Shown: positions 1-10,586, numbered from the stretch's first letter. The stretch is DNA of 64,000 nucleotides from an uncultured delta proteobacterium (GCA_963771465.1 CAVYTU010000014.1:608001-672000), one strand, 5' to 3'. Notes: generated by a model not told the origin, from the sequence alone. Program-made: numbers and translations.

Positions 1-2
1 TT

Positions 3-870
3 CTCGCCGTGCTCGGCGCGCCTAACGCGTTTCATGCCAAAATCATGGAAGCCAATGGCGTCGAAGCCTGCTTCGTCGGCACCAGCATCACCGGCGGCAA
101 CTACACCGGTCAGCCGGATCTCGGCATTCTCTCAATGACCGAGTGTGTGGAATTCGCCAAGTGGATCGCTAGGAGCGTGAAGATTCCGGTCATCCTCGAC
201 GGTGATACCGGCCACGGCGGCATCATGGCGGTGCGTCGCCTGGTTCGGGAATGCATCGAGGCCGGCCTCGCCGGACTGCGTCTCGACGACCAGCCGCTCG
301 ATCAGAAACGGCGCACGGGTTCGGCGGGAATATCGATCATTTCCCGTGACGACGCCGTGATTCGATATCGCGTCGCGGTGGACGCCAAGAATGAAATCGA
401 TGGCGACTTCGTCATCATGGCGCAGTGCTACGCGCGTAATGCGATTAACGGCGGCATGGCTGAGCTGCTCAAACGCTTACGCCTCTATGAAACCGACGGC
501 CAGCGCCGACTGGGTGCAGTTCGAGTCGCCCCATTCCGTCGCTGAGATCAAGCGCGCGCGTAAAGTTGTCAAAGGTCCGTTCTCGGCGATGAAAGGGCAG
601 TTGCCGCGCGCGTTGACATTGGCCGAACATAGAGCGCTCAGGCTCAACGCGGCTTGGTATACATTTTTACCCGACCAGGTGTTGAAAGTTTCCGCCTGGT
701 CTTTTTTTCAAGAGTTCAAAAAGAGCGACATGCGCGCTTGGGATGCGTTCATTCAGTCGCATCCGGACACACCTTTTACCGGCGGCGCGAAGTTGCCATG
801 GGATGCGACGGGTATGACTGAGTTGACTAAGTTCGAAACGAAGTACGCGTCCAAGCGCGAGCGGAGATAA
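3..870 (+). CDS. Isocitrate lyase/PEP mutase superfamily protein (5' partial, +1 frameshift near 500)
   Basis: ORF 9..545 has the DGDTGHGG and RLDDQ..K motifs. The C-terminus (ADWVQFE..) continues in ORF 391..870. Removing one C at 500/501 joins the two frames. Confidence 0.8.
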
Positions 871-875
871 TCAAA

Positions 876-1916
876 ATGGGCAATTTGTTCATGTTAATTT
901 TTTTCATTCTCATTCATGTTGCGAGCGCCGAGGCGCAGAGCGACTTTTTCAAAGGCAAACAGATGAGGATCGTCGTCGGCGCTTCCGCCGGAGCGGCCAG
1001 CGATCTTTATGCGCGCGTGGTGGCGCAACACCTGCCGAAACAGATTTCGGGTAAGCCGGACATCATCGTGCAAAATATGCCTGGCGGGGGTTCGATGACC
1101 GCGGCGAATTATGTTTACAGCGTCGCCAAACCGGACGGGCTCACCCTCGGCGCCGTCACCGCGCCGATCTATTTCGCCCAGCTGCTTGGCCGTAAGGAAG
1201 CTCAGTTCGACTGGGCGAAGTTCACCTGGATCGGCACGCCGGAGGAAAACGACGAGCTGTTTTTCCTCCGCTCGGACCAGCCGTACAAGACGCTGCTCGA
1301 CTTGCGTAAGGCGACTGAAGCGCCACGCTGCGGCGCTTCGGGCGTCGGCAGCACCGGATTCTACATACCCAAGTTGTTGGAAGAAATCTTCGGCGTGAAG
1401 ATTAATATGGTTACAGGTTATCCCGGCGCGGCGGACATAGACGTCGCCGTCGAGAAAAACGAGATTCACTGCCGCGGCACGACGATCAGCGCGTTTTTCG
1501 GCCGCGAGCCGGGAAAAACTTGGGCGAAAAATGGTTTTGTCAGATTTCTCGTCCAGACGGGTGATAAGCGCAATCACCGGATTCCCGACACGCCGACCAT
1601 CTGGGAATTGATGGATCAAGAGAAAGGCGACAAGGGTATCGATGCGAAGAAACGTCTAGCCCGCGTCGTGCTCGGCCCCGGCGCGTTTGGCCGGCCGATC
1701 TTGGCGACGCCGGGAATCCCGCCCGATCGGGTTAAAATTTTGCGCGATGCTTATTTGAATATGCTCAAGGATTCCGAATTCATCGCCGAGGCGAAAAAAC
1801 GGCAATGGGAAATCGCGCCGGTGAGCGGCGAGCGGCTCGAGGCGTTGGCCAAGGAAGTGATCCAGCAGCCGGCCGATATCGTCGAACGGATGAAAAAGGT
1901 CATGGGCGAGTCTTAG
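876..1916 (+). CDS. Bug/TctC-family tripartite tricarboxylate transporter substrate-binding protein
   Basis: Signal peptide; IVVGASAGAASD and QNMPGGG..AANY...KPDGLTLG motifs; GYPGAAD. Confidence 0.85.
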   Translation: MGNLFMLIFFILIHVASAEAQSDFFKGKQMRIVVGASAGAASDLYARVVAQHLPKQISGKPDIIVQNMPGGGSMTAANYVYSVAKPDGLTLGAVTAPIYFAQLLGRKEAQFDWAKFTWIGTPEENDELFFLRSDQPYKTLLDLRKATEAPRCGASGVGSTGFYIPKLLEEIFGVKINMVTGYPGAADIDVAVEKNEIHCRGTTISAFFGREPGKTWAKNGFVRFLVQTGDKRNHRIPDTPTIWELMDQEKGDKGIDAKKRLARVVLGPGAFGRPILATPGIPPDRVKILRDAYLNMLKDSEFIAEAKKRQWEIAPVSGERLEALAKEVIQQPADIVERMKKVMGES

Positions 1917-1947
1917 GAAGGCAATGGGCAATGAATAGGGAGCGCAT

Positions 1948-2817
1948 ATGAGTCTCAGCAACTTTATCGTAAAAGCTCGGCCCGGAGTGCTCGGCGGCAA
2001 GCATGAAGAGAAACGGCCGCTACGCCAGTTGAGCGCGCTGCCGGTGAAGCGCCATGTTTTCATTAATCGCGATTCGCATCCCGACGCCGACATCTACGTC
2101 GCGATCCACGAAGCCAAGGACTTGCCGTCGCCGGTGCCGGATTATCAAGTGCCGCATTGCCATAACACCGACGAGTTTTACTATTTTATCGGCAACCATG
2201 GCGATCTGACCGGTTTGGAAGGGCAAATTATTTTTGAAGGCAAAGTGCACAAGATCGTTTCACCTGCTTGTGTCTACATTCCCACCGGCGCGGTTCATGA
2301 GTACAAAGTCACCCAAGGCGCCGGCACGGTGACGGTGCTGTTTCGCAATCGCGGCTACACCCATGAAGACAAACCGTTCGATCTCGCCAAAGGCGAGCGC
2401 GACTTTGCCAAGTATGCCAGTTACATTTTTCATCCCGACGTGCGCCCTACGACTGAAATAAAATACCACACCGACGCCGCGCCCGGCGTGCGCTATGTGT
2501 TTGTCGACGGCAGGCTCAAGCCCGAGGCGGAATTTTACACCGTCGTGCGCAGCGTGCAGAATGTGCAGCCGTCACAAGCCAATTACGTCGACATGCACAG
2601 GCATAACTGCGACACGCAGCATATCGCCATCGGCACCGGGCCGGAGCTGACCGGGTTGAAGATCGAATTTCAGATTCGTGACGAGAGAGTGGTCGTGGAA
2701 AGCCCGGTCGGCGTTAACATCCCGGCGGGGACACCGCACTCGCAGCGCATCGTCGACGGCTCCGGGCACTTTTTTAATTTCGTGCCCAAGAGCAATTACA
2801 ATGACGGCTTGATGTGA
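1948..2817 (+). CDS. Two-domain cupin-fold protein of unknown function
   Basis: Internal duplication with two cupin motif pairs: HCHNTDE...VYIPTGAVH and HRHNCD...NIPAGTPH. Confidence 0.65.
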   Translation: MSLSNFIVKARPGVLGGKHEEKRPLRQLSALPVKRHVFINRDSHPDADIYVAIHEAKDLPSPVPDYQVPHCHNTDEFYYFIGNHGDLTGLEGQIIFEGKVHKIVSPACVYIPTGAVHEYKVTQGAGTVTVLFRNRGYTHEDKPFDLAKGERDFAKYASYIFHPDVRPTTEIKYHTDAAPGVRYVFVDGRLKPEAEFYTVVRSVQNVQPSQANYVDMHRHNCDTQHIAIGTGPELTGLKIEFQIRDERVVVESPVGVNIPAGTPHSQRIVDGSGHFFNFVPKSNYNDGLM

Positions 2818-2866
2818 GAGATTTGCGACGAGCACGCGAAGGCATTGCTGCTCATCGCTTGGTAGC

Positions 2867-3679
2867 TCAATCCGTCAAATCCATCAACACGCCGTCCGGA
2901 TCGGCAAAGGCATGTTTACCGATGGGGCAGCCTTGCAGGTCTTGTTCGACGAGCATGCCTGACTTGCCCAGTCCGAGTTTTTGCGGCGCCGATTGCGGCA
3001 AATTGATCCCCACGTCCTCCAAGTCTTGTTTGGCCTGCGCCAAATTCTCCACTTTGAAGCCGATGTGATCGAGGCCTTGGCGCATGCCTCTGTACAGATT
3101 CTCATTGCACGGGCGAATCAGCAGCCGAACCTTGCCGTCGGTGAGCGATATCCCTTCGTCCTTGGAGAATTCTTCGAGACCTTTGAGCTCGAAGACTTTG
3201 GTGTAAAATTCGGCCACTACCTCGGGCCGGCGCGCGCGAATCGACACATGATTGATCCAGCGCGGCTGTTCCCAGCCGTCTTCGGTATAGCCTTCGCGCA
3301 CGTTGTCGAGACTTTTCTGCGACAGATCGAACTGAGTGCCGGCGGGATCATGCGAGCGGAAGCCGGCGAAGGGGACAAAATCGAGCGCGCTGGCGACGAG
3401 AGTGTCCGGATAGTGCCGTTTGAGTCGATCGATCGCTTCCTTTACGTCGTCGACTTCAAAACCGAAGTGGTCGAGCCCTTGGTTGTTGCCGGGGCGCTTG
3501 GCCAGCAGGGCGTAACCGATGGTGCCGTCGCTGATATGGCCACGTTCGGCATTCTGCTGGCCGGTCTCGTCGGCTAATCGCGTGGTGATCTGCTTCATTC
3601 CGAAGACGGTCTGATAGAACTTCAACATCCGTTCGTATTTCTCGGTGAAAAGAGCGACGTGCCTGATTTTGGCGTGCAT
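2867..3679 (-). CDS. VOC/glyoxalase family protein with tandem VOC domains
   Basis: IRHVAL..FY..FG, GLDHFGFEV, INHVSI, GLDHIGFKV and DPDG motifs. ATG at 3679 follows GGAG. Confidence 0.8.
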   Translation of the reverse strand: MHAKIRHVALFTEKYERMLKFYQTVFGMKQITTRLADETGQQNAERGHISDGTIGYALLAKRPGNNQGLDHFGFEVDDVKEAIDRLKRHYPDTLVASALDFVPFAGFRSHDPAGTQFDLSQKSLDNVREGYTEDGWEQPRWINHVSIRARRPEVVAEFYTKVFELKGLEEFSKDEGISLTDGKVRLLIRPCNENLYRGMRQGLDHIGFKVENLAQAKQDLEDVGINLPQSAPQKLGLGKSGMLVEQDLQGCPIGKHAFADPDGVLMDLTD

Positions 3680-3835
3680 CTGATTTCTCCCTTCCTGGCT
3701 GACTCGCTGTTGTTCTAGGGCAGGGGCGATTGTCTTGTCAAGCAAGCAAACGCGCAAATCGATGCTGACATGGGCAATAAGTTTGACCCCGGTTCAGACC
3801 TTTTGCTAGGGTCGGGCTCACCGGGGAGCAAAGGT

Positions 3836-4801
3836 ATGATTAAAACAATCCACACTGCGCTGACACTATTTTTGCTCCTTGTCAGCTCGTCGCAGGCGTT
3901 TGGGCAGTTAAAAAAGATTCGCTTCTCGGTAAGCTCGATCTCGGTCACCGAGATCGCCTACAAGATGGCTCAACTCAAAGGTTTCTATCGCGACGAAGGC
4001 CTCGACGTTGAGATGATCGTCATCCGCGGCGCCATCGGCATTCCCGCGTTAGTCGGCGGTTCGGTCGACTACGCTTCGGCCGCCGGCGCGGTCATCGCCG
4101 CCGCCATGCGCGGCATCGGCGTGAAACTCGTTCTCGTCGTCTCCTCACGGCCGCAGTTCGATCTGGTTGCGCTGCCGGAAATAAAATCGATCCAGCAACT
4201 CAAGGGCAGGTCGGTGGGAATTTCCTCACGCGGCGGCGCAGTCGATCTTCTGACTCAAACGATTCTTTCGCAACACGGCCTGACGCCCCACAAAGATGTC
4301 GATCTGTTGGTCATCGGCACACCGGAAGAAATGATGCTCGCGCTCAAGACCGGGCGCATCGCCGCCTGCCTCTTCACGCCGCCTCGTCCGCTGATACTCA
4401 GGCGCGAAGGCTTTAACAAGCTCGCCTACGCCGGCGACTACATGAGCCACTATCCATCCGGCGGTATCGGTACGACGGAGGAAAAAATTAGAAACAATCC
4501 GAGCGAAGTGCTGAGCTTTATTCGCGCCAGTCAGCGCGGCCTCAATTACTACGCGCAGAATCGCGCCGAGGCGATCGAACTAGTAATCAGCTATATCGGT
4601 ATCAAAGACCCGGCGCTCGCCGCCGAGGTGTACGATCTCCACGCCAGCCGGTTGAATACGGTCGGAGTTTTAGATGACACCTGGATGCGCGGCGCGATTG
4701 ATTTTACCAAGAAGAGTTTGGGCGTGACCAAAGATGTGCCGCCAAGCCAGGTTTTTAATTTTAGTTTCGTTGAAAAGGCCATGGCGCGAGGCAAACAGTA
4801 A
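3836..4801 (+). CDS. NMT1/THI5-like ABC transporter substrate-binding protein
   Basis: Signal peptide; GFYRDEGLDVE, LKGRSVGISSRGG and ALKTGRIAA motifs. Confidence 0.8.
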   Translation: MIKTIHTALTLFLLLVSSSQAFGQLKKIRFSVSSISVTEIAYKMAQLKGFYRDEGLDVEMIVIRGAIGIPALVGGSVDYASAAGAVIAAAMRGIGVKLVLVVSSRPQFDLVALPEIKSIQQLKGRSVGISSRGGAVDLLTQTILSQHGLTPHKDVDLLVIGTPEEMMLALKTGRIAACLFTPPRPLILRREGFNKLAYAGDYMSHYPSGGIGTTEEKIRNNPSEVLSFIRASQRGLNYYAQNRAEAIELVISYIGIKDPALAAEVYDLHASRLNTVGVLDDTWMRGAIDFTKKSLGVTKDVPPSQVFNFSFVEKAMARGKQ

Positions 4802-5031
4802 CCCAGCAAACGGCTTGCGAAGTTCATTTGCAGCTCCGGCGCGGCAGCGTCAAGGAAGCGGCAGAATCCTGATCATTCCAACGCGTCCGAGCACACTTAA
4901 CTTTCTATCCCGACGTAATCTCTAATCTGCGGAAGTCTTGAACTTGGTCCGTTCACAAGCGAAGATCGCGGCATGATGACGATTATCTACTTGGCACTTC
5001 AGTGCGAGGCCAATTAAGAACTGGGGGCGAA

Positions 5032-5586
5032 ATGAGCAATGATAATAATCAAATCGCGGTTTTCGGCGGCGGTTGTTTCTGGTGCACCGAAGCGGTGTTC
5101 GATGAGCTGCGCGGCGTTCATTCCGTCGTCTCGGGCTACACCGGCGGCAAAAACAAAAATCCCACTTACGAGCAGGTCTGCATGGGCAACACCGGCCATG
5201 CCGAAGTGATTAAAATTGAATTCGATCCGGCGCAAGTCTCTTTCCGCGATCTGATGACGGTTTTCTTCGCCACCCATGACCCGACGACATTGAATCGCCA
5301 GGGCAACGATGTCGGTACGCAGTATCGCTCGGCGATTTTCTACGCCGATGATAAGCAAAGGGAAGAAGCCGCGGCGTTCATCAAAGAATTGGACGAGGCC
5401 AAGAGCTTTAAGAACTCCATTGTGACAACCTTGGAGCCGCTCACCGAATTCTATCCAGCCGAAGGCTACCATCAAAAGTTCTACGCCAATAATCCGTTTC
5501 AGTCCTACTGCCAGTACATGATTCCGCCCAAGCTGAGCAAACTGCAAAAGCAGTTCAAAGAGCTGCTGAAATCGCACGGCAGTTAA
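5032..5586 (+). CDS. msrA: Peptide-methionine (S)-S-oxide reductase
   Basis: GGGCFWC, SGYTGG, GHAE, HDPTTLNRQGNDVGTQYRSAI and AEGYHQ motifs. Confidence 0.95.
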   Translation: MSNDNNQIAVFGGGCFWCTEAVFDELRGVHSVVSGYTGGKNKNPTYEQVCMGNTGHAEVIKIEFDPAQVSFRDLMTVFFATHDPTTLNRQGNDVGTQYRSAIFYADDKQREEAAAFIKELDEAKSFKNSIVTTLEPLTEFYPAEGYHQKFYANNPFQSYCQYMIPPKLSKLQKQFKELLKSHGS

Positions 5587-5937
5587 GGATTGAAACGCCA
5601 TGTATGTCTTAAAAGCTAACAACCTGCGCAGTGTGAAGTGCCAACACTCAAGCTGGCCGTCACCGCGATCTCAGACCCTGGCGACGGAACGAAATCCGAT
5701 TACCGTTGCGCATCTTTCTTCGCTAGATTAAAATTTGTTTCCCTCCAAAACAGCGGCGGAGTTGTGCGATCGGCTAGGTTGGTTTTATCGACACAGCCAT
5801 ATTGAGAGGTTTGCGTTGACTTGATAGCACTTGAGATAGAAGCGATCTAATTCCCAGAGTTTAGCTCACGCGAGAATGGCGTTTATGCAAGCGTTCCACT
5901 TTTTCCGGCTTTTCGAGTAAGGAGAAGTCGTTTACCT

Positions 5938-8211
5938 ATGATCGAAAGTTCCGATCAAGCGCGCACGCTGGCGGCGGACTTAGCTGGGCGAAGGTTGGTC
6001 ATCGTTTCCAACCGCTTGCCCTTTAACGTCACTTGCGAAGGCGACCGCATCTTGTTCCATCCGAGCGCCGGCGGATTGGTCACCGGTTTGGCCTCGGTCC
6101 GCGAGTCGCGCAAGCAACTCACCGCCACACCGTCTACCCACCTCTGGGTGGGGTGGCCGGGGAGCAGTATAGAAGCCGACATGCGCGACAATTTGATGCG
6201 TGAAGCGCTGGACCGGTTTCAGTCATTTCCCGTGTTTCTTTCCGACGAACAGATGGAGCAATTCTATCTGGGTTTTTGCAACGCGACGATCTGGCCGCTG
6301 TTTCATTATTTTCCTTCCTATGTGCTCTATCAGCCGAGCTCTTGGGATCATTACAAGCAGATCAATCAACTTTTCGCTGACGCCTTAAAGTCAATCCTCA
6401 GACCGGATGATGTGGTTTGGGTGCATGACTATCATCTAATGTTGCTGCCGCGGCTGTTGAAGGCGAGCCATCCGCAAATACCCGTCGGCTTTTTCTTACA
6501 TATTCCGTTTCCGTCCTTTGAGGTATTTCGCTTACTGCCGGGCGAGTGGCGCCGGGAAATCCTCGAAGGCTTACTAGGCGCGGACTTGATCGGTTTTCAC
6601 ACTTACGAATATACGCATCACTTTTTGCAATCGGTATTGCGCATTCTCGGCCATGAGCATCGACTTGGACAAGTTTCCGCGCCGGATCATGTCGTCAAGG
6701 TCGAAACCTTCCCGATGGGTATCGATTTTGAAAAATTTGCCGCCGCCGCCGTCGAACCCGAGACCGAACGTGAGGCGAGGGAACTAAGGGAAACGCTCAG
6801 CGGTCTCAAGCTGATTTTGTCGGTGGATCGGCTCGATTACTCCAAAGGCATATCGAACCGATTGGAGGGTTACGAGCTATTTTTGGAATCCAATCCGGAA
6901 TACCACGGCAAGGTGGCGCTCTTAATGGTGGTGGTGCCGTCACGTATCGGTGTCGTGCAATACGACTTGATGAAGCGGCAGCTTGAAGAACTGGTCGGCA
7001 AGATCAACGGCCGTTTCGGCCGGGTGGGATGGACGCCGGTGGTCTATCAGTACCGCCACGTGCCGTTTAACTCGTTGGTCGCGCTCTACTCCGTCAGCGA
7101 GGTTTGCTTGGTGACGCCGTTGCGGGACGGTATGAATCTGGTCGCCAAAGAGTATTTGGCGTCGCGCACTGATGGCACGGGGATGCTTGTACTGAGCGAA
7201 ATGGCCGGCTCCGCCAAGGAATTGCCCGAAGCGATTATTGTCAATCCTAATAACCGAGTGGAAATGGCCGCGGCCTTGAAAGATGCGCTGGAGACCTCGA
7301 CGGACGAGCAACAAAAACGCAATCGCCTGATGCAACGCCGCTTGCGCCGTTATAACGTCATGCGCTGGGCCGATGATTTTCTGAGCACGCTTCTGGGCAT
7401 GAAGGAATTGCAGAGTCGGGTTGAGTCCAAGCTGCTGTCGTCGTCGGCGAAGCAAGAAACTCTGGCTCGGTATAACGCAAGTTCGTGCCGCCTGGTGTTT
7501 CTCGACTTCGATGGCACGCTCACAGCGCTGGTTCGCCATCCAGTGATGGCTAAGCCCGACGGCGAGCTGATCGCTTTACTACGTCGGCTCGCCGAGGATC
7601 GCAAGAATTCCGTGATCATTACGAGTGGACGGGACCGGCGAACGCTCGAGGAATGGTTTGGTGATCTTAACCTCGGTTTGGTCGCTGAGCATGGGGCGTG
7701 GCTCCGACCATCGGGACAATCATGGCAACGGGCCAAAACGCCGCAAACTGAGTGGAAGTCCGCGTTGCTGAATGTCCTAGAAATCTTTGCCGACCGATTG
7801 CCCGGTAGTTTTGTTGAAGAAAAAGAGGAGTCCGTGGCGTGGCATTATCGTTTGGCTGACCCCGAACAAGCTCAGTTACGCGCCTCGGAACTGGTTGACC
7901 ACCTGCTCAATCTAACCGCGAAAACTGATTTGCAGATCGTTCAGGGAAGCAAGGTTGTGGAAATACGGCGCGCAGGCGTCGACAAGGGAAGCTCCGCCAG
8001 TTTTTGGCTGGGCAGTGGTGCGTACGATTTCATTCTTGCCATCGGCGATGACACCACCGATGAGGATCTTTTCAAAGTCCTGCCGCCATCGGCAATCTCA
8101 ATCCGAGTCGGCGTCACCGGCACCCACGCGCAATTTAACATTCGCAACGTCACCGAGGTCATCAATCTCCTGCGTTCGCTTGCGGATGCACGGGAGCCTA
8201 CGTCTACGTGA
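5938..8211 (+). CDS. Bifunctional trehalose-6-phosphate synthase/phosphatase (GT20 + HAD fusion)
   Basis: VSNRLP, WVHDYHL, FLHIPFP, DRLDYSKG and DGMNLVAKEY (OtsA), followed by DFDGTL, AEHG and GDDTTDE (OtsB). Confidence 0.93.
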   Translation: MIESSDQARTLAADLAGRRLVIVSNRLPFNVTCEGDRILFHPSAGGLVTGLASVRESRKQLTATPSTHLWVGWPGSSIEADMRDNLMREALDRFQSFPVFLSDEQMEQFYLGFCNATIWPLFHYFPSYVLYQPSSWDHYKQINQLFADALKSILRPDDVVWVHDYHLMLLPRLLKASHPQIPVGFFLHIPFPSFEVFRLLPGEWRREILEGLLGADLIGFHTYEYTHHFLQSVLRILGHEHRLGQVSAPDHVVKVETFPMGIDFEKFAAAAVEPETEREARELRETLSGLKLILSVDRLDYSKGISNRLEGYELFLESNPEYHGKVALLMVVVPSRIGVVQYDLMKRQLEELVGKINGRFGRVGWTPVVYQYRHVPFNSLVALYSVSEVCLVTPLRDGMNLVAKEYLASRTDGTGMLVLSEMAGSAKELPEAIIVNPNNRVEMAAALKDALETSTDEQQKRNRLMQRRLRRYNVMRWADDFLSTLLGMKELQSRVESKLLSSSAKQETLARYNASSCRLVFLDFDGTLTALVRHPVMAKPDGELIALLRRLAEDRKNSVIITSGRDRRTLEEWFGDLNLGLVAEHGAWLRPSGQSWQRAKTPQTEWKSALLNVLEIFADRLPGSFVEEKEESVAWHYRLADPEQAQLRASELVDHLLNLTAKTDLQIVQGSKVVEIRRAGVDKGSSASFWLGSGAYDFILAIGDDTTDEDLFKVLPPSAISIRVGVTGTHAQFNIRNVTEVINLLRSLADAREPTST

Positions 8212-8231
8212 CCCGAACCAATTCATACGCT

Positions 8232-9287
8232 TCAAACAAAACCGACCCACAACAACGTTGCCGTTAGGGCCATCATCACTAAACCCAGCGGTATGCCAAG
8301 CTTGGCCCACTCGGTGCTTTTAATATGCAGTGAGTGGGCGGCGATGATGTTGGGAATGTTTCCTGGGATCAGCATGCCGCCGGCGATGAGTAAGCCGTAC
8401 AGTGCGCTCTTGATTTGTCCTTCGGTCAAGGTTGGTCCGATTTCGGCGGCAGCCAAAGTCGCGTTGTCGAGCACGGCTGAGATCATGTTTACCCAAAACA
8501 GAACTTGAGATGGCAACTGAATCACGTAAGCGTCGATCAGCGGTTTGAAGCCGGCGCCAAGAAAAATCAGCGCCATCACGAAAATATAAACTTTTCCTGC
8601 CCTGACAAAGACCGTGCTCAACGTCTCGGCCTTGTCCTCCGCGGCCAACGACGCTTCCTTGTCCTTGGGTTTTTCGTGGATCAGAAAAATCGCCACAACT
8701 CCCAAAATGATGACGCTCGGGACGATATAGAATCCCAATAGCTTTGCTAAATAGAAAAAGTCGGCGTGATAGGGCGCTCCGCTCAGCTTCGAGACCACGA
8801 TGGTCGAAAGCGGCTCACCCAAGGGCGTCAGCGCGGCACCCAGGCCGATAGCGAAGCAGGCGATGATCGTAAGATTGACTTCGGCGTGACGATGCAGCGG
8901 CAGGACGGTAATGAATTCGACGAGTAGCAGTGCCGCGATGATCGCGGATATCATGCTTGAAGCCAGCCCCAAGACGACTATTCCCGAACACACGATCACA
9001 GATAGAGGCACGGTGATTAGCACGCGTCGCATGGCGTGATCAATATATGGGCGCAGGTAGTGAAACAAAACACCAGCGCCGAGTACGGCAAGGGTGATGT
9101 TGATCGGCGCAATCAAACCTTCGTGAAAGACTTCGGCGCTCCACGCGCTCGATAGCGTCGCGCTCACTACACCCATGACAAACAAGAACGCTTCAAGATT
9201 GGCCTCGATCTTTTTGTTAAGGAACGGGCCGACGAGCACGATGGCGAAAATTATCGATAGACCGATCATTAACATGGAGTTTTCCAT
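8232..9287 (-). CDS. DUF1646-like polytopic membrane protein (putative cation transporter)
   Basis: NLEAFLF, GAALTPLGEPLSTI, SAVLDNATLAAAEI and GMLIPGNIPNII motifs. GGAGG precedes ATG 9287. Confidence 0.75.
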   Translation of the reverse strand: MENSMLMIGLSIIFAIVLVGPFLNKKIEANLEAFLFVMGVVSATLSSAWSAEVFHEGLIAPINITLAVLGAGVLFHYLRPYIDHAMRRVLITVPLSVIVCSGIVVLGLASSMISAIIAALLLVEFITVLPLHRHAEVNLTIIACFAIGLGAALTPLGEPLSTIVVSKLSGAPYHADFFYLAKLLGFYIVPSVIILGVVAIFLIHEKPKDKEASLAAEDKAETLSTVFVRAGKVYIFVMALIFLGAGFKPLIDAYVIQLPSQVLFWVNMISAVLDNATLAAAEIGPTLTEGQIKSALYGLLIAGGMLIPGNIPNIIAAHSLHIKSTEWAKLGIPLGLVMMALTATLLWVGFV

Positions 9288-9320
9288 CCCTCCGCTTCTA
9301 TGACATCGCGTCGGTAATAA

Positions 9321-9335
9321 GCAATGCCAATGCCG
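9321..9335 (-). promoter_or_regulatory. Putative sigma54 promoter for the DUF1646 gene
   Basis: Minus strand reads CGGCAT-TGGCA-TTGC (GG-N10-GC), about 35 nt upstream of the start codon. Confidence 0.4.
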
Positions 9336-9512
9336 CGTTGTCGGTCCCAGTGGAAATCGAATTGTGCCGTTGCTAAGGTGTGAAAACTTCATTACTAGTG
9401 ACTGCGATCATGATCCGCAGCAGCAAATTTGCACGAATCGGTATGCTAGTGATATGGGCTGACATGCTCATTACGTAGGCTGTCTCTGCTCAAGTTTGAG
9501 AGGTAACAAGCC

Positions 9513-10586
9513 ATGGTGACGGATGCTACGGGCATGACCCGCATCAATCATGAAAAACTGCTTCGTTTTGTAAGCCGTTCGTTTGAAAAACTTGGCGTGC
9601 CGGCGAGCGATGCCGAGGTCGCGGCGAATGTTTTAGTCGCTTCTGACCTGCGCGGCGTCGATACCCACGGCGTGATTCGATTCAATCCGCATGCCTGGTA
9701 CGTCAAGTGGCTGAGAGATGGTGCGATGACGGCCAAGCCGAATATTCGCGTCGTCACGGAGAGCGCTTCGACGGCGCTGCTTGATGCCGACAACGGTATG
9801 GGCATGGTTGCCGGCCACCGAGCGATGGCGATGGCGATTGCCAAAGCCAAAGAGTCGGGCGTCGGGATCGTCGGCGTGCGCAACAGCCGTCACTACGGCA
9901 TGTCGGCGTATTATTCGATGCTGGCCTTGCCGCACGACATGATCGGCATCGCCATGACCAACGCGAGCCGGCAAGTGGTGCCGACCTTCGGCCGCGACGC
10001 GCGCTTTGGCACCAATCCGATCTGTTTCGCCGTGCCGGCGAAGGACGAGCGGCCGTTTGTCCTCGACATGGCGACGAACACGGCAGCAGCCGGCAAATTA
10101 GAATTAGCCGTTCGCCTCGGCAAATCGATTCCCACCGGGTGGGCATTGAACGAGAATGCCGAACCGACGACGGATCCAAAGGTGGCGCAGCAAGCGCGCC
10201 GTTTGTTGCCGCTCGGCGGTTCGCGCGAGAGCGGCAGCCACAAAGGTTATGGTCTGGGAATTCTCGTCGAGATCCTCTGCGGCGTGCTCAGCGGCACGAT
10301 CACGGCGCTCAATGCCAACCAGGAACCGCGCGGTCATTTTTTCGGCGCCATCGATCCGGCCACGTTTCGACCAACGGCGGAATTCAAAGCTGACATGGAC
10401 CGGCTGATTCGCGAATTGAAATCCACGCCGCCAGTTGAAGGAGAAAGCCGAGTCTACGTGGCTGGCGAGATCGAGTTTGAGACCGCCGAGGAACGATCAG
10501 AGCGCGGCATTCCGCTGCACAGTTCCGTGCTCAAGGGATTGCGAGAAGTCAGCGAGCAGGCCGGCGTGCCCTATGATTTGGAATGA
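9513..10586 (+). CDS. Ldh_2 family (malate/L-lactate/ureidoglycolate-type) oxidoreductase
   Basis: SDLRGVDTHG, RNSRHYG, GTNPICFA, LDMAT and HKGYGL motifs. Confidence 0.88.
   Translation: MVTDATGMTRINHEKLLRFVSRSFEKLGVPASDAEVAANVLVASDLRGVDTHGVIRFNPHAWYVKWLRDGAMTAKPNIRVVTESASTALLDADNGMGMVAGHRAMAMAIAKAKESGVGIVGVRNSRHYGMSAYYSMLALPHDMIGIAMTNASRQVVPTFGRDARFGTNPICFAVPAKDERPFVLDMATNTAAAGKLELAVRLGKSIPTGWALNENAEPTTDPKVAQQARRLLPLGGSRESGSHKGYGLGILVEILCGVLSGTITALNANQEPRGHFFGAIDPATFRPTAEFKADMDRLIRELKSTPPVEGESRVYVAGEIEFETAEERSERGIPLHSSVLKGLREVSEQAGVPYDLE

Noticed and set aside
4992-5006. TGGCAC...TGC upstream of msrA as a sigma54 promoter
   Set aside because: The GG-to-GC spacing is 9 nt, not the required 10.
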